Positions 22,701 through 31,498 of a stretch of DNA of 64,000 nt are shown piece by piece. The position numbers and the translations under genes were made by a program. Location: contig JAHPZE010000008.1 of the NCBI GenBank assembly GCA_019058365.1, forward strand, positions 1 through 64,000. Direction: 5' to 3'. The notes below the pieces were generated by a model. The model saw nothing but the letters and a program-made list of their open reading frames with translations. It searched no databases and was not told the DNA's origin. The stretch comes from Promethearchaeota archaeon (GTDB taxonomy: Archaea > Asgardarchaeota > Lokiarchaeia > Sigyniarchaeales > SOKP01). Each line of letters opens with the position of its first letter. Position 1 is the first letter of the stretch.

Positions 22701-23518
22701 TCTGTTTCATCAATGCCATCACCTCCAAGGGTACTTTGATCTCTGGTATAATACCATAGTGCATCTCCTGCAGCGACACCAATATCAAAAAGACCAATAA
22801 ACCATGTATTATTATCTGTTAAAGAATTATCTAGAAACTCATGAAGTCCTGTAACTGTATACCAATCATAAGTATTATTTGGAAATTTAAATGTTATTAA
22901 ATCTTTATACCAATCATACTGATCAACAACGGTTAAAGGTTTACTTCTACTTGAGACCCATTCAGATCTATATAAAACCATTTGAACAGTTGCATTTTTA
23001 GTAGGATGTGAGTTTGCTAAATAAACTGAAACATTCTCTAGATATCCATCTCCTATTGATGTTAATGAGGTAGTACAAGGAACTGAATTTAAAAAATCTT
23101 CGGCTCCATTTGGGCTACTATCCTCAATAATTAAAGATTTATTGGGAGCATAAATATCTTTAATAGTTATATTAGTAAAAGTAGAGTTAAAGTAAATATC
23201 TTTCGGACAAGGTAAGGTAAAATTATTTCCATTTACGATTGAGGTATTTACAATAGTATTAAAAGAATTATTCACATAAGACTGATGTAAAGACACATTA
23301 ATATCATTACCAGTATTACTATAACTAGAAGAATAATCTGAAGTCTTTACCTCATTAAACATTTCATATTCAGAAGGTGAATCTATATCCGTAACTGGAT
23401 TAGTAAAATTCCAGTTGTAGACCTCAACATTGAAGAAACTTATCGTTATTGTTAAAAAGAAAAGAATTAGTATCCGTTTATTTTTTTTAATATTAGAGTT
23501 TAACATAAGCCTAAACAA
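16721..23518 (-). CDS. Giant single-pass surface protein (2265 aa): beta-rich extracellular repeats, TM helix, cytoplasmic longin-like domain, wHTH and helical tail
   Basis: N-terminal signal/anchor; many N-x-S/T sequons; two repeat families; TM ILPYLIIAGIAIAAVGGSVGIY followed by basic KKREK; then LEHVLVLYKGTGTCIF...DPELISGFISAISSF. Confidence 0.8.
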   Translation of the reverse strand: MFRLMLNSNIKKNKRILILFFLTITISFFNVEVYNWNFTNPVTDIDSPSEYEMFNEVKTSDYSSSYSNTGNDINVSLHQSYVNNSFNTIVNTSIVNGNNFTLPCPKDIYFNSTFTNITIKDIYAPNKSLIIEDSSPNGAEDFLNSVPCTTSLTSIGDGYLENVSVYLANSHPTKNATVQMVLYRSEWVSSRSKPLTVVDQYDWYKDLITFKFPNNTYDWYTVTGLHEFLDNSLTDNNTWFIGLFDIGVAAGDALWYYTRDQSTLGGDGIDETESYKYSGGDWQLVSNIGPPSSYVDFNIKIELSPYGNIPNATDITLKINGDPVSDIDSGYGYWESTKVNGSNSGYLHYNISANWWDVTCNISQIQINFTKTNLKASSEFNIAGTGQLVDWNVTRKAGLNYFDTRFDKFQINFTIPATWHDSSIKVFNGTDDRTSTITKRLLGNGYREIKIPNAGNGTYWFLNATSDNLINTITTFVDGIPINDVANYTDIVRFNVTFTEVIGNGNLNLSVYSPAPNYLNHTNIVDISALNPDTEFNVSDWDISNNASQYGVFTTYLAWNNGTAAGFLIGNLTILGETELKFINLPPLTFDASDIFNITAFFNDTGYTGSPPKNISDATISYRINSNNYRTDNITILGDGLYNITIDCNDAEFNSNGPNSITINASKQYYNNQSETIDIIILGETSLTIIGPPNESNFDSSDTFNITIQYNNTLRDEIITNPLINYSLDGGNTYRWDKIYSIGNNRFNITVFCNDTDFGNYGLRTIIVNASKQYYYNQSKNLNITITGVTKLNFTKSPDNTFYYSDEVFNITAYYFDTSRNQGLTGASIEVDVQGEGLYDSKYITEIGNGNYRIIVNCSEPIFNRYGLFTLAINGSKLNYYDYINSSLELIIGNTSLEVLDPPDGSIFNDRQIFNITLQYNDVVKSEGIENAEINYTLNGGLNWRHNNVTEIGSGRYNITIDCNDTQFLNFGFIDIIINASKQYYNNLSIPFNFHRQITTLIDPSNSFDLGSIRRGLNVSYTFDYMDYLDNFIIGATWSEMSPSYGFLPFLKDWNNGTYTIYLNTSTVNVADSPFTYIFNISAIGKETQIISLDIEVTIIQTQIENLIGTDEIARNSGLNQTIYFYFNDTITDQPVLDLTTLDVNVKNYGTGTIWNTGDFNWKLINPLNNGNYILNISLNGLDYGWYTLELNISKDPNYNWSLAYFNFYLRGNYTQINMISVSDPEEILIPTGIGYNYSTFLGSDLNVEFNVTDRECGDKAITEGIPGYNIMIIYKNLKTESTGILQGNFNFVWQSGTYGTYIGNILSSTLLETGSYLINITFAKLNYENTTFSFNLTLVNSQINIISISNLGGQLEPSGVGNYYNSTIALDLNLEFNITDDHGLNKVIARALDSRVVRYINLGTGENGTLLDFLAFNLPTSTYIGTITTSGLSIGNYLINVSVVILDYKVIPLIFNLTIVSAESNLISITNVGSQLSPTIPGGFYEPTIATDVIVEFNTTDAHFGTIIQIAPGVFYTIYYTNIDTSENGTIVHLITEGALSHSGSLNISSFSIGNYSVTIIINKSNNIVSTFSFKLRIVSALSNIISITNPGGQLPAIDSFYYTFIGSNIGIEFNTTDAHFGTIIPIAPGVFYTIYYTNIDTLESGTIAHFITEGASSHSGSLNISLLTLGNYSFSIIVAKYSNNVTTVNFLLRIIDKYETRIIVYKPESVKAGLPFTLLIKAEYFDGSFWLPIDGSNMTVILYYNNGAGDSEDYSTNSTGEIEIIIPTYSDTLTLNITIQLKSAYYHQGYSTKISDIDIKPIPPGFSFKDILPYLIIAGIAIAAVGGSVGIYRGVVVPKKREKSRILTEVKTIFDDAINLEHVLVLYKGTGTCIFFKSFGSEQIDPELISGFISAISSFGKDLVSQEELNEISYGDKMLLLSDGENIRVALVLGKKASLILRRNLMEFIHFFEKTYANELPNWRGQLNIFRDAGTIIDDILNTSIILPHEISYEISSAKTLKKPQSRDVLKIANTLMKDSERNFFFIATLLKEATEKTGKETAEIFMGIKELRDKKILMPIEIATIETPPISQQELNLINQKVTGLVNLSSEDRQKLVNDLAQMGPAEREAYFVSLSEQREIVSAPIELQPEAAEIVTIKGANKEIKKLKKNALKAKKENDYDSSLKILHNAVKIATTWELASESLLLDDLIRMTKIEDLNIKLKSLEKEAKLAAKQEHYTEAAQKYKISSKIASEIFKLGVDDMTKEVKRLTNKAKEFEKLL
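18522..19042. repeat. Intragenic near-identical duplication, period 351 bp (117 codons)
   Basis: ~18522-18682 matches ~18873-19033 (shared gtatcaatattggtgtaataaatagtataaaatacccctggtgcaatt). Confidence 0.9.
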
Positions 23519-23738
23519 TTTTTTCTATTTAATTTAATATTTTTATAATTTTATTAGCAATTAATATTAATAATTTTGTAGGTTAAATTTGAAAAAAATA
23601 ATTAAAAACATTATAAGAAATATCGCAATTAGTTCCTTTAAATATATCTCATACGGAGAAATTATGAGAGGATAAATAGAACTTTTATAAAAAATATCTA
23701 TATAAGTATTTTGAAAAATATTAAAAATCTAAGTCTCA

Positions 23739-24437
23739 TTAGCTGGTAGTATCTTTCTCCTTTAAGATAATCCTAGCATCCACACATATTAATCCCTTTT
23801 CGTAGATAAATACCGGATTTAAATCCATTTCGTTAATATTCTCATGTTTTGTAACTAGATCGGATATTTTCATTAAAGTCTCTACAATGGCATTAATATC
23901 TGCTTTAGGTTTTCCCCGATATCCATCTAATATAGGAAAGCCCTTAATCTCATGTATCATTTCTTTGGCATCATATTCTGTAATTGGGGCGATTCTAAAG
24001 CTAACATCCTCTAAAAGCTCTACTAAAATCCCGCCAATACCAAACATTAAAGCAGGGCCAAATTGAGGGTCTGTGGTCATACCTATAATAAGTTCCGTTA
24101 TTGGTTCCTTTGCCATTTTCTGTACCGAAATCTTTTTTTCTTTCTGAGATGGAATTTTCATTAATTCATCATAAGCGTTGTCTACTTCTTCTTTCGTTTT
24201 GAGGTTTAACTTAACAGCTCCAGTATCAGATTTATGAACAACATCTTCAGCCATGAGTTTCATAACAATAGGAAACCCAATCTCCTCTACTGCGGCAATA
24301 GTTTCTTCTTTTGAAGTTGCTAATTTTTGAGACGGAACTTGAATTCCAATTTCTTCTAACAATTCTTTAGATTCAAATTCAGTTAGTACCGTTTGACCGG
24401 ATTCAACCTTAGTTTTTAACTCTTCAGCTATATTCAT
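23739..24437 (-). CDS. ADP-forming acetate/acyl-CoA ligase beta subunit (ATP-grasp)
   Basis: LTEFESKELL, IGFPIVMK, HKSDTGAVKL, DPQFGPALMFGIGG, DVSFRIAPI, EMDLNP. Confidence 0.9.
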   Translation of the reverse strand: MNIAEELKTKVESGQTVLTEFESKELLEEIGIQVPSQKLATSKEETIAAVEEIGFPIVMKLMAEDVVHKSDTGAVKLNLKTKEEVDNAYDELMKIPSQKEKKISVQKMAKEPITELIIGMTTDPQFGPALMFGIGGILVELLEDVSFRIAPITEYDAKEMIHEIKGFPILDGYRGKPKADINAIVETLMKISDLVTKHENINEMDLNPVFIYEKGLICVDARIILKEKDTTS

Positions 24438-24603
24438 TTCTAAATTCCCGTATTAGGATATTGAATTATTTAGTTCTAATTATTAAATAGAATTATAAAA
24501 AAAATATAAAATTAATTAAAATGAATTAAAGAATTAGGTAGGGATAAATGAAAAAAGCTTTAAAATAAAATATAAAATAAATAAGAATAAAAAAGAAAAG
24601 ATT

Positions 24604-27447
24604 TTAAGATTTTCTCCAAATTGTTATTCCTCTCCTCCTACGAAGTCGCCATTTCCGAACCTCATCCATGACCGAAACACTAAAAGCACCAAGGAGAAGT
24701 GCTATCCAATAATAATAGTGGTTTAATGGTACGACATGAAATCCTATTCCCATTGGTGTATATAAGATAAGCAATTGTAAAGCAAAAGAAAGACCAGTTG
24801 CCCAGAATAAATGTTTATTTGGAAATAAATAAAATGGTTTGATATTTGATGTACATGTGTAAACAAACAGCAGTTCACAAATGACTAAATTTGCGAATAT
24901 TATTGTTTGTGTTAATGCGATTGCATATTCTTCTGCTGTATAGGTTACACCAAAAATTGTTGCACCACTGATTAATCCAGGATCTATTCCACTGGCAGTC
25001 CAACTTGGAATTAATACACCCCAAAGTAGTAAATAGAGTGAAATATCTGTTATTGAAGTATAAATTCCAAGCAGAAGAACCGGACCTTTAATCTCTGATA
25101 TCAATGTAAAACCTTTTCTTGGTTTGTCTTTCATTACATCCGGATCCGTCGGTGTTAAGCCAAGTACCATGGCAGGAATTCCATCAGTCGCTATATTAAG
25201 CCATAAGATCTGAATTGGCGCAACTGGAATGCTAAGAAACACAAGTGGAAATAATTTTAATACTATATATGCTGTAAGAATTAAAAAGATCTCATCAAAA
25301 TTAGTGCTTAACATGTATCGGAAGAATCCTTTAGTTGTCTCGAATATTCCGCGACCTTCTTCTATAGCATTTACAATTGTTGCATAGTTATCATCTATTA
25401 ATATCATTTCTGAAGCTTCTTGCGTCACCTCGGTTCCCTTTAAACCCATCGCTACACCTACATGCGCCCCCTTCACAGCGGGAGCATCATTCACTCCATC
25501 TCCGGTCATTGAAACCACTAAATCCAACTCCTTCAATCTACGTAGAATTCTGAGTTTATGCTCTGATGAAACTCTCGCAAAAATGTCCACTGTTTTAACT
25601 CTTTCCCGGAGTTCATCATCACTCATTTCTTCTAGTTCTATTCCCGTAATTGCTTCACTGGAGTCAGTTAGACCGATCTCATGTGCTATTGCAATCGCAG
25701 TAATTTTATGATCACCTGTAATCATGATTGTTCTAATTCCTGCCATTCTCGCTTCTTCGATAGCATCTTTTACTTCATCTCTAGCAGGATCGATTATTCC
25801 TGCTAAACCGAGATAAATATAATCTTGTTCAATTTCTTCTTCTCTATAATCTTCATTTAATGGTTTATAAGCAATTCCCAATACTCTTAATGCATTTTTA
25901 GCAAATTCCTCATTTTTTGCAAGAATTTTGTCTTGTACTTCATTAATTGGTTTTATTTGATTCTCATAAACTGCCTGACTTGCGTTGTCTAACAAAACGT
26001 CAGGAGCACCTTTTATTAATGAATATAATCTATTATCGAACTTCATTACTACTGACATCATTTTTCTATCTGAGCTAAAAGGAATCTCATCAATTTTCTC
26101 TGTTGTGGTATCTAAATCCATCTTCATTGCTAACACTTTTAATGAAATTTCAGTAGGATCTCCAACGACATCTGTATCATTTGTACCATTATTTTTTAAG
26201 GAAACATTTGAATTATTACAAAACATGCATACTTCTAAATATTTTTTCAGAAATTCATCAATTTGAACTTGGTTACCTTTTTCACCAACAATTTTACCTT
26301 CAATAGCATAACCTACACCTTCCACGTTATATTCCATACCCCCTATATAGACTTTTACAACTGTCATTTCGTTTTTTGTTAAAGTACCCGTTTTATCCGA
26401 ACAAATTACATTCACTCTTCCTAATGTCTCGACAGCAGTCAATTTTCTAACGAGAGCATTACGATCTGCCATCTTACGCATTCCTATAGACATAACTACT
26501 GTAATAACAACGATTAAACCTTCAGGAACCGCAGATACTGCTAATGATATTGATATTTCAAACGCTGTAATAAGTTCTTCAAGATTAAATTCTGTTATTA
26601 GTAATATAAATAGCTCTACGAGAAAAACAGCAAGACATATTATTATAATTATCAAACCTAAAAGTTTACCAAATCTATTTACTTCTTTCTGAAATGGACT
26701 AAGCTCTATTTCTTCTTCTTGCAAACTTTCAGCGATTTTACCTATTTCTGTAGCCATTCCTGTTCCGATGGCTATTCCTTCTCCATTTCCACGAGTTATA
26801 ATCGTGTTCATATATCCAAGGTTGGTCCTATCAGCTAAAATCATTTTTTTATCAACAGGTTTTAATTGTTTTTTCACAGGTTTTGACTCTCCTGTTAAAA
26901 TTGCTTCATCAACATAAAGTGAAAATTGCTTATCAAGTCTTATATCAGCAGGAAATTTATCCCCCTCTTCAAAGAGTACAATATCTCCAGGAACTACATC
27001 TTCTACTCCAATTTCTATAACTTTTCCATCCCTACGAACTTTAGCAAAATGTGGTGCTAATTTCTTAAGACTTTCAAGAGACTTCTCTGCTTGATATTCT
27101 TGATAAAATCCTAATATAGCATTCACTATCAAAATTGCGGCAATGACAATAGCATCAGTATATTCTGAAGGCCAGGCTACACCAGATCGAGTAGATTCAT
27201 ATATTCCAATTATGATTGAAATTAATATTGCAAACATTAGAAGATATATTAAAAAATCTTTGAATTGGCTTATGAAGATTTGTAGAGCTGTTTTTCCCTT
27301 CTCTTTAATTAGTTCATTTCTTCCAAACTCCTCAAGTCTTTTTTGGGCCTCATTTTCAGTTAAACCAACCTCTATCGATGTATTCATTTTTTCAGCTACG
27401 ACTTCATAACTATTCGAGTGTGCGTGAATATTTTCTAAATCTATCAT
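24604..27447 (-). CDS. P-type ATPase, type IIA (Ca2+-transporting, SERCA/PMR1-like)
   Basis: LTGES, AVPEGL, CSDKTGTLT, KGAPD, MITGDH, TGDGVNDAPA, IQILWLNIATDG. Confidence 0.93.
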   Translation of the reverse strand: MIDLENIHAHSNSYEVVAEKMNTSIEVGLTENEAQKRLEEFGRNELIKEKGKTALQIFISQFKDFLIYLLMFAILISIIIGIYESTRSGVAWPSEYTDAIVIAAILIVNAILGFYQEYQAEKSLESLKKLAPHFAKVRRDGKVIEIGVEDVVPGDIVLFEEGDKFPADIRLDKQFSLYVDEAILTGESKPVKKQLKPVDKKMILADRTNLGYMNTIITRGNGEGIAIGTGMATEIGKIAESLQEEEIELSPFQKEVNRFGKLLGLIIIIICLAVFLVELFILLITEFNLEELITAFEISISLAVSAVPEGLIVVITVVMSIGMRKMADRNALVRKLTAVETLGRVNVICSDKTGTLTKNEMTVVKVYIGGMEYNVEGVGYAIEGKIVGEKGNQVQIDEFLKKYLEVCMFCNNSNVSLKNNGTNDTDVVGDPTEISLKVLAMKMDLDTTTEKIDEIPFSSDRKMMSVVMKFDNRLYSLIKGAPDVLLDNASQAVYENQIKPINEVQDKILAKNEEFAKNALRVLGIAYKPLNEDYREEEIEQDYIYLGLAGIIDPARDEVKDAIEEARMAGIRTIMITGDHKITAIAIAHEIGLTDSSEAITGIELEEMSDDELRERVKTVDIFARVSSEHKLRILRRLKELDLVVSMTGDGVNDAPAVKGAHVGVAMGLKGTEVTQEASEMILIDDNYATIVNAIEEGRGIFETTKGFFRYMLSTNFDEIFLILTAYIVLKLFPLVFLSIPVAPIQILWLNIATDGIPAMVLGLTPTDPDVMKDKPRKGFTLISEIKGPVLLLGIYTSITDISLYLLLWGVLIPSWTASGIDPGLISGATIFGVTYTAEEYAIALTQTIIFANLVICELLFVYTCTSNIKPFYLFPNKHLFWATGLSFALQLLILYTPMGIGFHVVPLNHYYYWIALLLGAFSVSVMDEVRKWRLRRRRGITIWRKS

Positions 27448-27819
27448 ATTATTATCAATTTTTTTATAGAGATTTTTTTTAAAAAATAATAATTAAATTA
27501 CCTATATATTCTAATTATTTAATTAACAAATTTAAATTCACTTATAGATATTGGTTATAGAAACATGATATAAAATTCTATTAGTTCTTTAAAGCTTAGT
27601 GGATAAAATATAACGAAAATTTAATATGGACAGAGTTTTTTTGTAAATTGGTCAAAATCAAGTAAATTTGAAATCGAATTATCTAAGATATACTAACTTA
27701 AATTGTTAAAAAATATAAATAGAAAATTTATATTTATAATAACTCTAATAAAAGTTAATTAGATAATTCTAAAAAAAAACACCTTAGAGAACTACTAAAA
27801 ATATTTTTTCCCGAATATA

Positions 27820-28404
27820 ATGAGACCATCTCGAGTTTTTAGGTTGTTATTTAGGATATTCATATTACTATTAACTCTATCGGTAACTGTTGTATCTATA
27901 TTAGGTGGTTTATCCGCTCTTATAATACTTGATCCTTCTTCTAACAATATAGGAGTTGACTATACTGATGCAAGTTTTGACGTGGATTTTAACAATTTAA
28001 CGGGTGAGCTTACTGCTTTTAATTTTTCTTTACCTTTTAATATCACTAATGCTGGTTATTTTGATTTAGAAAATCTTCAGGTAGATATTAAGATCGGAAT
28101 GCGATATGAACATATAAATTATACTCTACCCGGTCAAAATGATACTATTTTCAAAAAGTTTTTTGAAAAACACCAAGATTATGGAACTATAATAAAAGGT
28201 AATAAAGGACTTTTCAATTTCACAGGAGATATGAGCAATATTATTTCGTTTCCCAATGCTACAAAGATAAATTGGTATAGAACGCCGCCCCCTGATGTAG
28301 AATTCTTTGCTAATTTTACTGTAGGTTTAACTTATTCTTTGGGATTACATTCTCTCGCATTTAGTATGCTTAATATATCAATAGGAGATTATTCATATCT
28401 ATAG
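27820..28404 (+). CDS. Hypothetical membrane-anchored beta-rich protein (LEA_2-like)
   Basis: N-terminal TM helix, then LPFNITNAGYFDL beta-sandwich-like pattern. Confidence 0.55.
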   Translation: MRPSRVFRLLFRIFILLLTLSVTVVSILGGLSALIILDPSSNNIGVDYTDASFDVDFNNLTGELTAFNFSLPFNITNAGYFDLENLQVDIKIGMRYEHINYTLPGQNDTIFKKFFEKHQDYGTIIKGNKGLFNFTGDMSNIISFPNATKINWYRTPPPDVEFFANFTVGLTYSLGLHSLAFSMLNISIGDYSYL

Positions 28405-28416
28405 GAGGTCATTAAG

Positions 28417-28908
28417 ATGGGAGCAACAAAAAATATGGTTAGGGGAACAATCTATACAAGCGTTTATGTTGTTACGACAATTATACTTCCTTTTTTATTA
28501 TTTAATTGGGTGAGAAATTTACAAATACCATTAGTGGGGGAAATAACATTAACTCAGGAAAACTATGAAAATATAATATTTTGGATAGTAGCTTTTGGAT
28601 TAATAATTAGTGGATGTGCTTTCTTTTCATATTCTTCCCCCAAGCAATCAATAAGAAGAACAGTATTTGCATTAATCCAAGTTATTGTAAATTGTCTATA
28701 TTTATGGAGTTACAAATTTTCTGGAGCCACCGAAATTCTATTTAATTTTAATATATCTGGATATCCTGGATTTCTATCTTTAAATCTCCAAACAATGGTC
28801 TTAGTATATATGGGAGTTTATTTTCTAACAATTGTATTAAAAATATATGATCTTGTTGATTTTAGTATTAATAGAAAGAAAATTCGAGAGAATAGAATGA
28901 AAGCATAA
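28417..28908 (+). CDS. Hypothetical 4-TM membrane protein
   Basis: Four hydrophobic segments; preceded by GGAGGT at 28404-28409. Confidence 0.75.
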   Translation: MGATKNMVRGTIYTSVYVVTTIILPFLLFNWVRNLQIPLVGEITLTQENYENIIFWIVAFGLIISGCAFFSYSSPKQSIRRTVFALIQVIVNCLYLWSYKFSGATEILFNFNISGYPGFLSLNLQTMVLVYMGVYFLTIVLKIYDLVDFSINRKKIRENRMKA

Positions 28909-28992
28909 GATGGGTGATAAAAAATAATTTTTCAAATACTAGGATTTTTACTGGTTCTTGCTGATATTTTTAGTGCTATCTTAATTTTTTTC

Positions 28993-29322
28993 ATGCCAAT
29001 TGTTATACCGGTAGGGACTTTTATGGTAAACTGGATAACTGCTACAATAACGTTTTTACAGCAAAATATTAGTCATAACTTAACTATTTTTATAGTAATA
29101 TGTATAATTTTAGTGGTTTCAGGTATTATTGTTAATATTATTTGGCCCGGTGACAGACCAGGTACAATATTTTCTAAGGGAATAGAAAAAATAGAAGAAT
29201 TAGAGGGTAAAGTAGATATATCTGAGAAAAAAGATATAATGGACGAAGTAAGAAGATGTAAGGACTGTGGTAATCCTATCGGAGACGCGGAAGTTTGTTC
29301 TTTATGCGGGGCTCGTAATTAA
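28993..29322 (+). CDS. Membrane protein with C-terminal zinc ribbon; reading frame open upstream to 28921
   Basis: TM segments; CKDC-x9-CSLC at the C-terminus; the true start is probably upstream (see findings). Confidence 0.7.
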   Translation: MPIVIPVGTFMVNWITATITFLQQNISHNLTIFIVICIILVVSGIIVNIIWPGDRPGTIFSKGIEKIEELEGKVDISEKKDIMDEVRRCKDCGNPIGDAEVCSLCGARN

Positions 29323-29750
29323 TTAATTATTTCATTTGTTTACTATTATCTAGCGTTAAAAAGTAATTTTGCCCCTTTCTATTCTAGATCCTTGACTATT
29401 AACCCTAGTTTGCCGGTGTTATCATTCTCAGTTGAAGTATAATTATTTCCTTTATTAAATCTTAAGTGTTTGTCTCATCAAATATAAGAGCTCACATATA
29501 ACCAGGATGACAAGTTATTTATTATTTCAAATTCAATACTTACAAATTTATTTGATTTAATCGCTCAGTCAATTAATCAATAACAAATATAAAAATTATG
29601 AGGTTACCTTACAATTAGAATTCTTTATTTTATGTTTTATAATAATGCAAAGAATGGTTTATTAAATGGTTAATATTAAATTTAAATTTTGGATCTATTC
29701 TATTTAGATGTAATAAGAATATATATTATTAGAAATTTTATAGAGAGCAC

Positions 29751-30500
29751 ATGAGCTTTAATTCTAAGGTTGAAAATTTCAAAAAGAAAAAGAATCTTTT
29801 TGAAGAATTAAACTATTATAAATCTATCATTCTAAAAAAAGTAAAGAGTGGAGATTATAATTCAGCTTTAGAAAAAGTAAGATCAGCATTGATATTAATT
29901 CAAGAACATAAAGATGCTTTTAGTACTGAAAAAGAACTTCTTGATTTTTATGAGCTAAGTAAACAAATACAGTCAGAATTAAAAAATCATAGAATGGTTT
30001 ATGAACGCAGATTCAATAATCTCTTGAAAGAAAAAATTGATGAAACTAATTTAGAAAGCTTTTCAAAATTGTTAGCTATGTTAAAAAATGAGGTAGATCA
30101 TAATCTCGATAAATACCATCTTCAAGATATCAGTTCTAAGATCACTCAATATTTTAAATATATAAAAAAAATATATGAAATATTGAGTTGCTATAAAATA
30201 TTGAATTACCATGATGCTTCCGATAAGATTTTTGAGTTTGTGAGAGATATTAAATCCGAGAACTTCCCAAACTTAAAGATGTTAATCTCATTAACTTATC
30301 AAAACTTAATACGTAATAGATTATTCGAATTTTCAAAAGATTTTGACAAACTTTCACTTTCTAATCTTTCTAATAAAATGGCTATGAACCAGGACCAACT
30401 ATATGATTTTATTAATATTATAAAAAAGCAACCAAAAAGTCCAGTACAAGAGTATATCCCTAAAACTCAAGAAATTGTTTTTAAAAGATCAAGTTTTTAA
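29751..30500 (+). CDS. Helical protein with C-terminal PCI-like winged helix
   Basis: All-helical N-part; LFEFSKDFDKLSLSNLSNKMAMNQDQLYDFI...QEIVF resembles the PCI consensus. Confidence 0.55.
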   Translation: MSFNSKVENFKKKKNLFEELNYYKSIILKKVKSGDYNSALEKVRSALILIQEHKDAFSTEKELLDFYELSKQIQSELKNHRMVYERRFNNLLKEKIDETNLESFSKLLAMLKNEVDHNLDKYHLQDISSKITQYFKYIKKIYEILSCYKILNYHDASDKIFEFVRDIKSENFPNLKMLISLTYQNLIRNRLFEFSKDFDKLSLSNLSNKMAMNQDQLYDFINIIKKQPKSPVQEYIPKTQEIVFKRSSF

Positions 30501-30536
30501 AATAAAGTTCTTTAAAACTTCCTTATTTTAAATTGA

Positions 30537-31460
30537 TTATAGCCCCCGATAAAATTCTGGGCGTAATATATTTTTATGAGTTAATCCATAATTTATTATA
30601 CTTAATATCTCATCTTTTTCTCTATCCAAAATACCTTTAATGGGTAAATAGTTTGATGCGTGATTACTCCGGAAGATACAATTTGCACTCTTATTATGAA
30701 ATTCAATTTGATTTATGAAATTTTTTAACTCTTGAAGAATTTCTATTGAATTCATCTCTAGAAATTCTCCTTTTATCTTTTTTTTAAAGATTTCAGTCCC
30801 AGAAGGTACCATAAGTGTTAGGAATGCAATATACCAAATTCTATCATCATCAGGACAGATTTTATTAACCAAATCAGCTGATTCTAAAGCATGTTCTATT
30901 GAAATTTCAGGATTATTTCCTCCACCAAGGCCATTTATCAAAGTCGCTGATAAAGTTATCCCTGCTTCCATCAACTTTTTAGAAGCTTTAATATGATCTG
31001 ATTTATTGACTTGTTTGTGTACCATTTCAAGTAAACGATCAGAACCAGACTCAAACCCAACATAAGCAATTTTAAGACCTGCTTCAAATAACATTCTTAA
31101 TTGCTCATCTGACTTTTTAAGTATATCTTTAGAGTGAGCATAAACACCACACCTTTCTAAATTTGGAAAAAGTGAATATGCATATCTGGTTATATCTAAT
31201 AATTTCTCAGTAGGAGTAACCATTGCATTCCCATCTAAGAAAAAAATTTTTCTCACATTTGATCCATATTGTTTTCTGGCAATATCTAAATCTTTTTTAA
31301 CTAATTGTACATCCCTAATCAAAAATTTTTTGCGAAGATTTGACATACAAAAATCGCATTTAAATGTACAACCCTCAGTTAATTGAATTAATAGGGAATA
31401 CGCTTCGGATGGTGGCCGAAATACAGGTTGACAGTAATATATTTCTTCCCTACTTTCCAT
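30537..31460 (-). CDS. Radical SAM protein of unknown function
   Basis: CTFKCDFC (CxxxCxxC); RPPSEAYS, YVGFESG, FRSNHASNY. Confidence 0.9.
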   Translation of the reverse strand: MESREEIYYCQPVFRPPSEAYSLLIQLTEGCTFKCDFCMSNLRKKFLIRDVQLVKKDLDIARKQYGSNVRKIFFLDGNAMVTPTEKLLDITRYAYSLFPNLERCGVYAHSKDILKKSDEQLRMLFEAGLKIAYVGFESGSDRLLEMVHKQVNKSDHIKASKKLMEAGITLSATLINGLGGGNNPEISIEHALESADLVNKICPDDDRIWYIAFLTLMVPSGTEIFKKKIKGEFLEMNSIEILQELKNFINQIEFHNKSANCIFRSNHASNYLPIKGILDREKDEILSIINYGLTHKNILRPEFYRGL

Positions 31461-31498
31461 TTTATCATAAAATAATGAGAGTAATTATTTTAAAAAGT

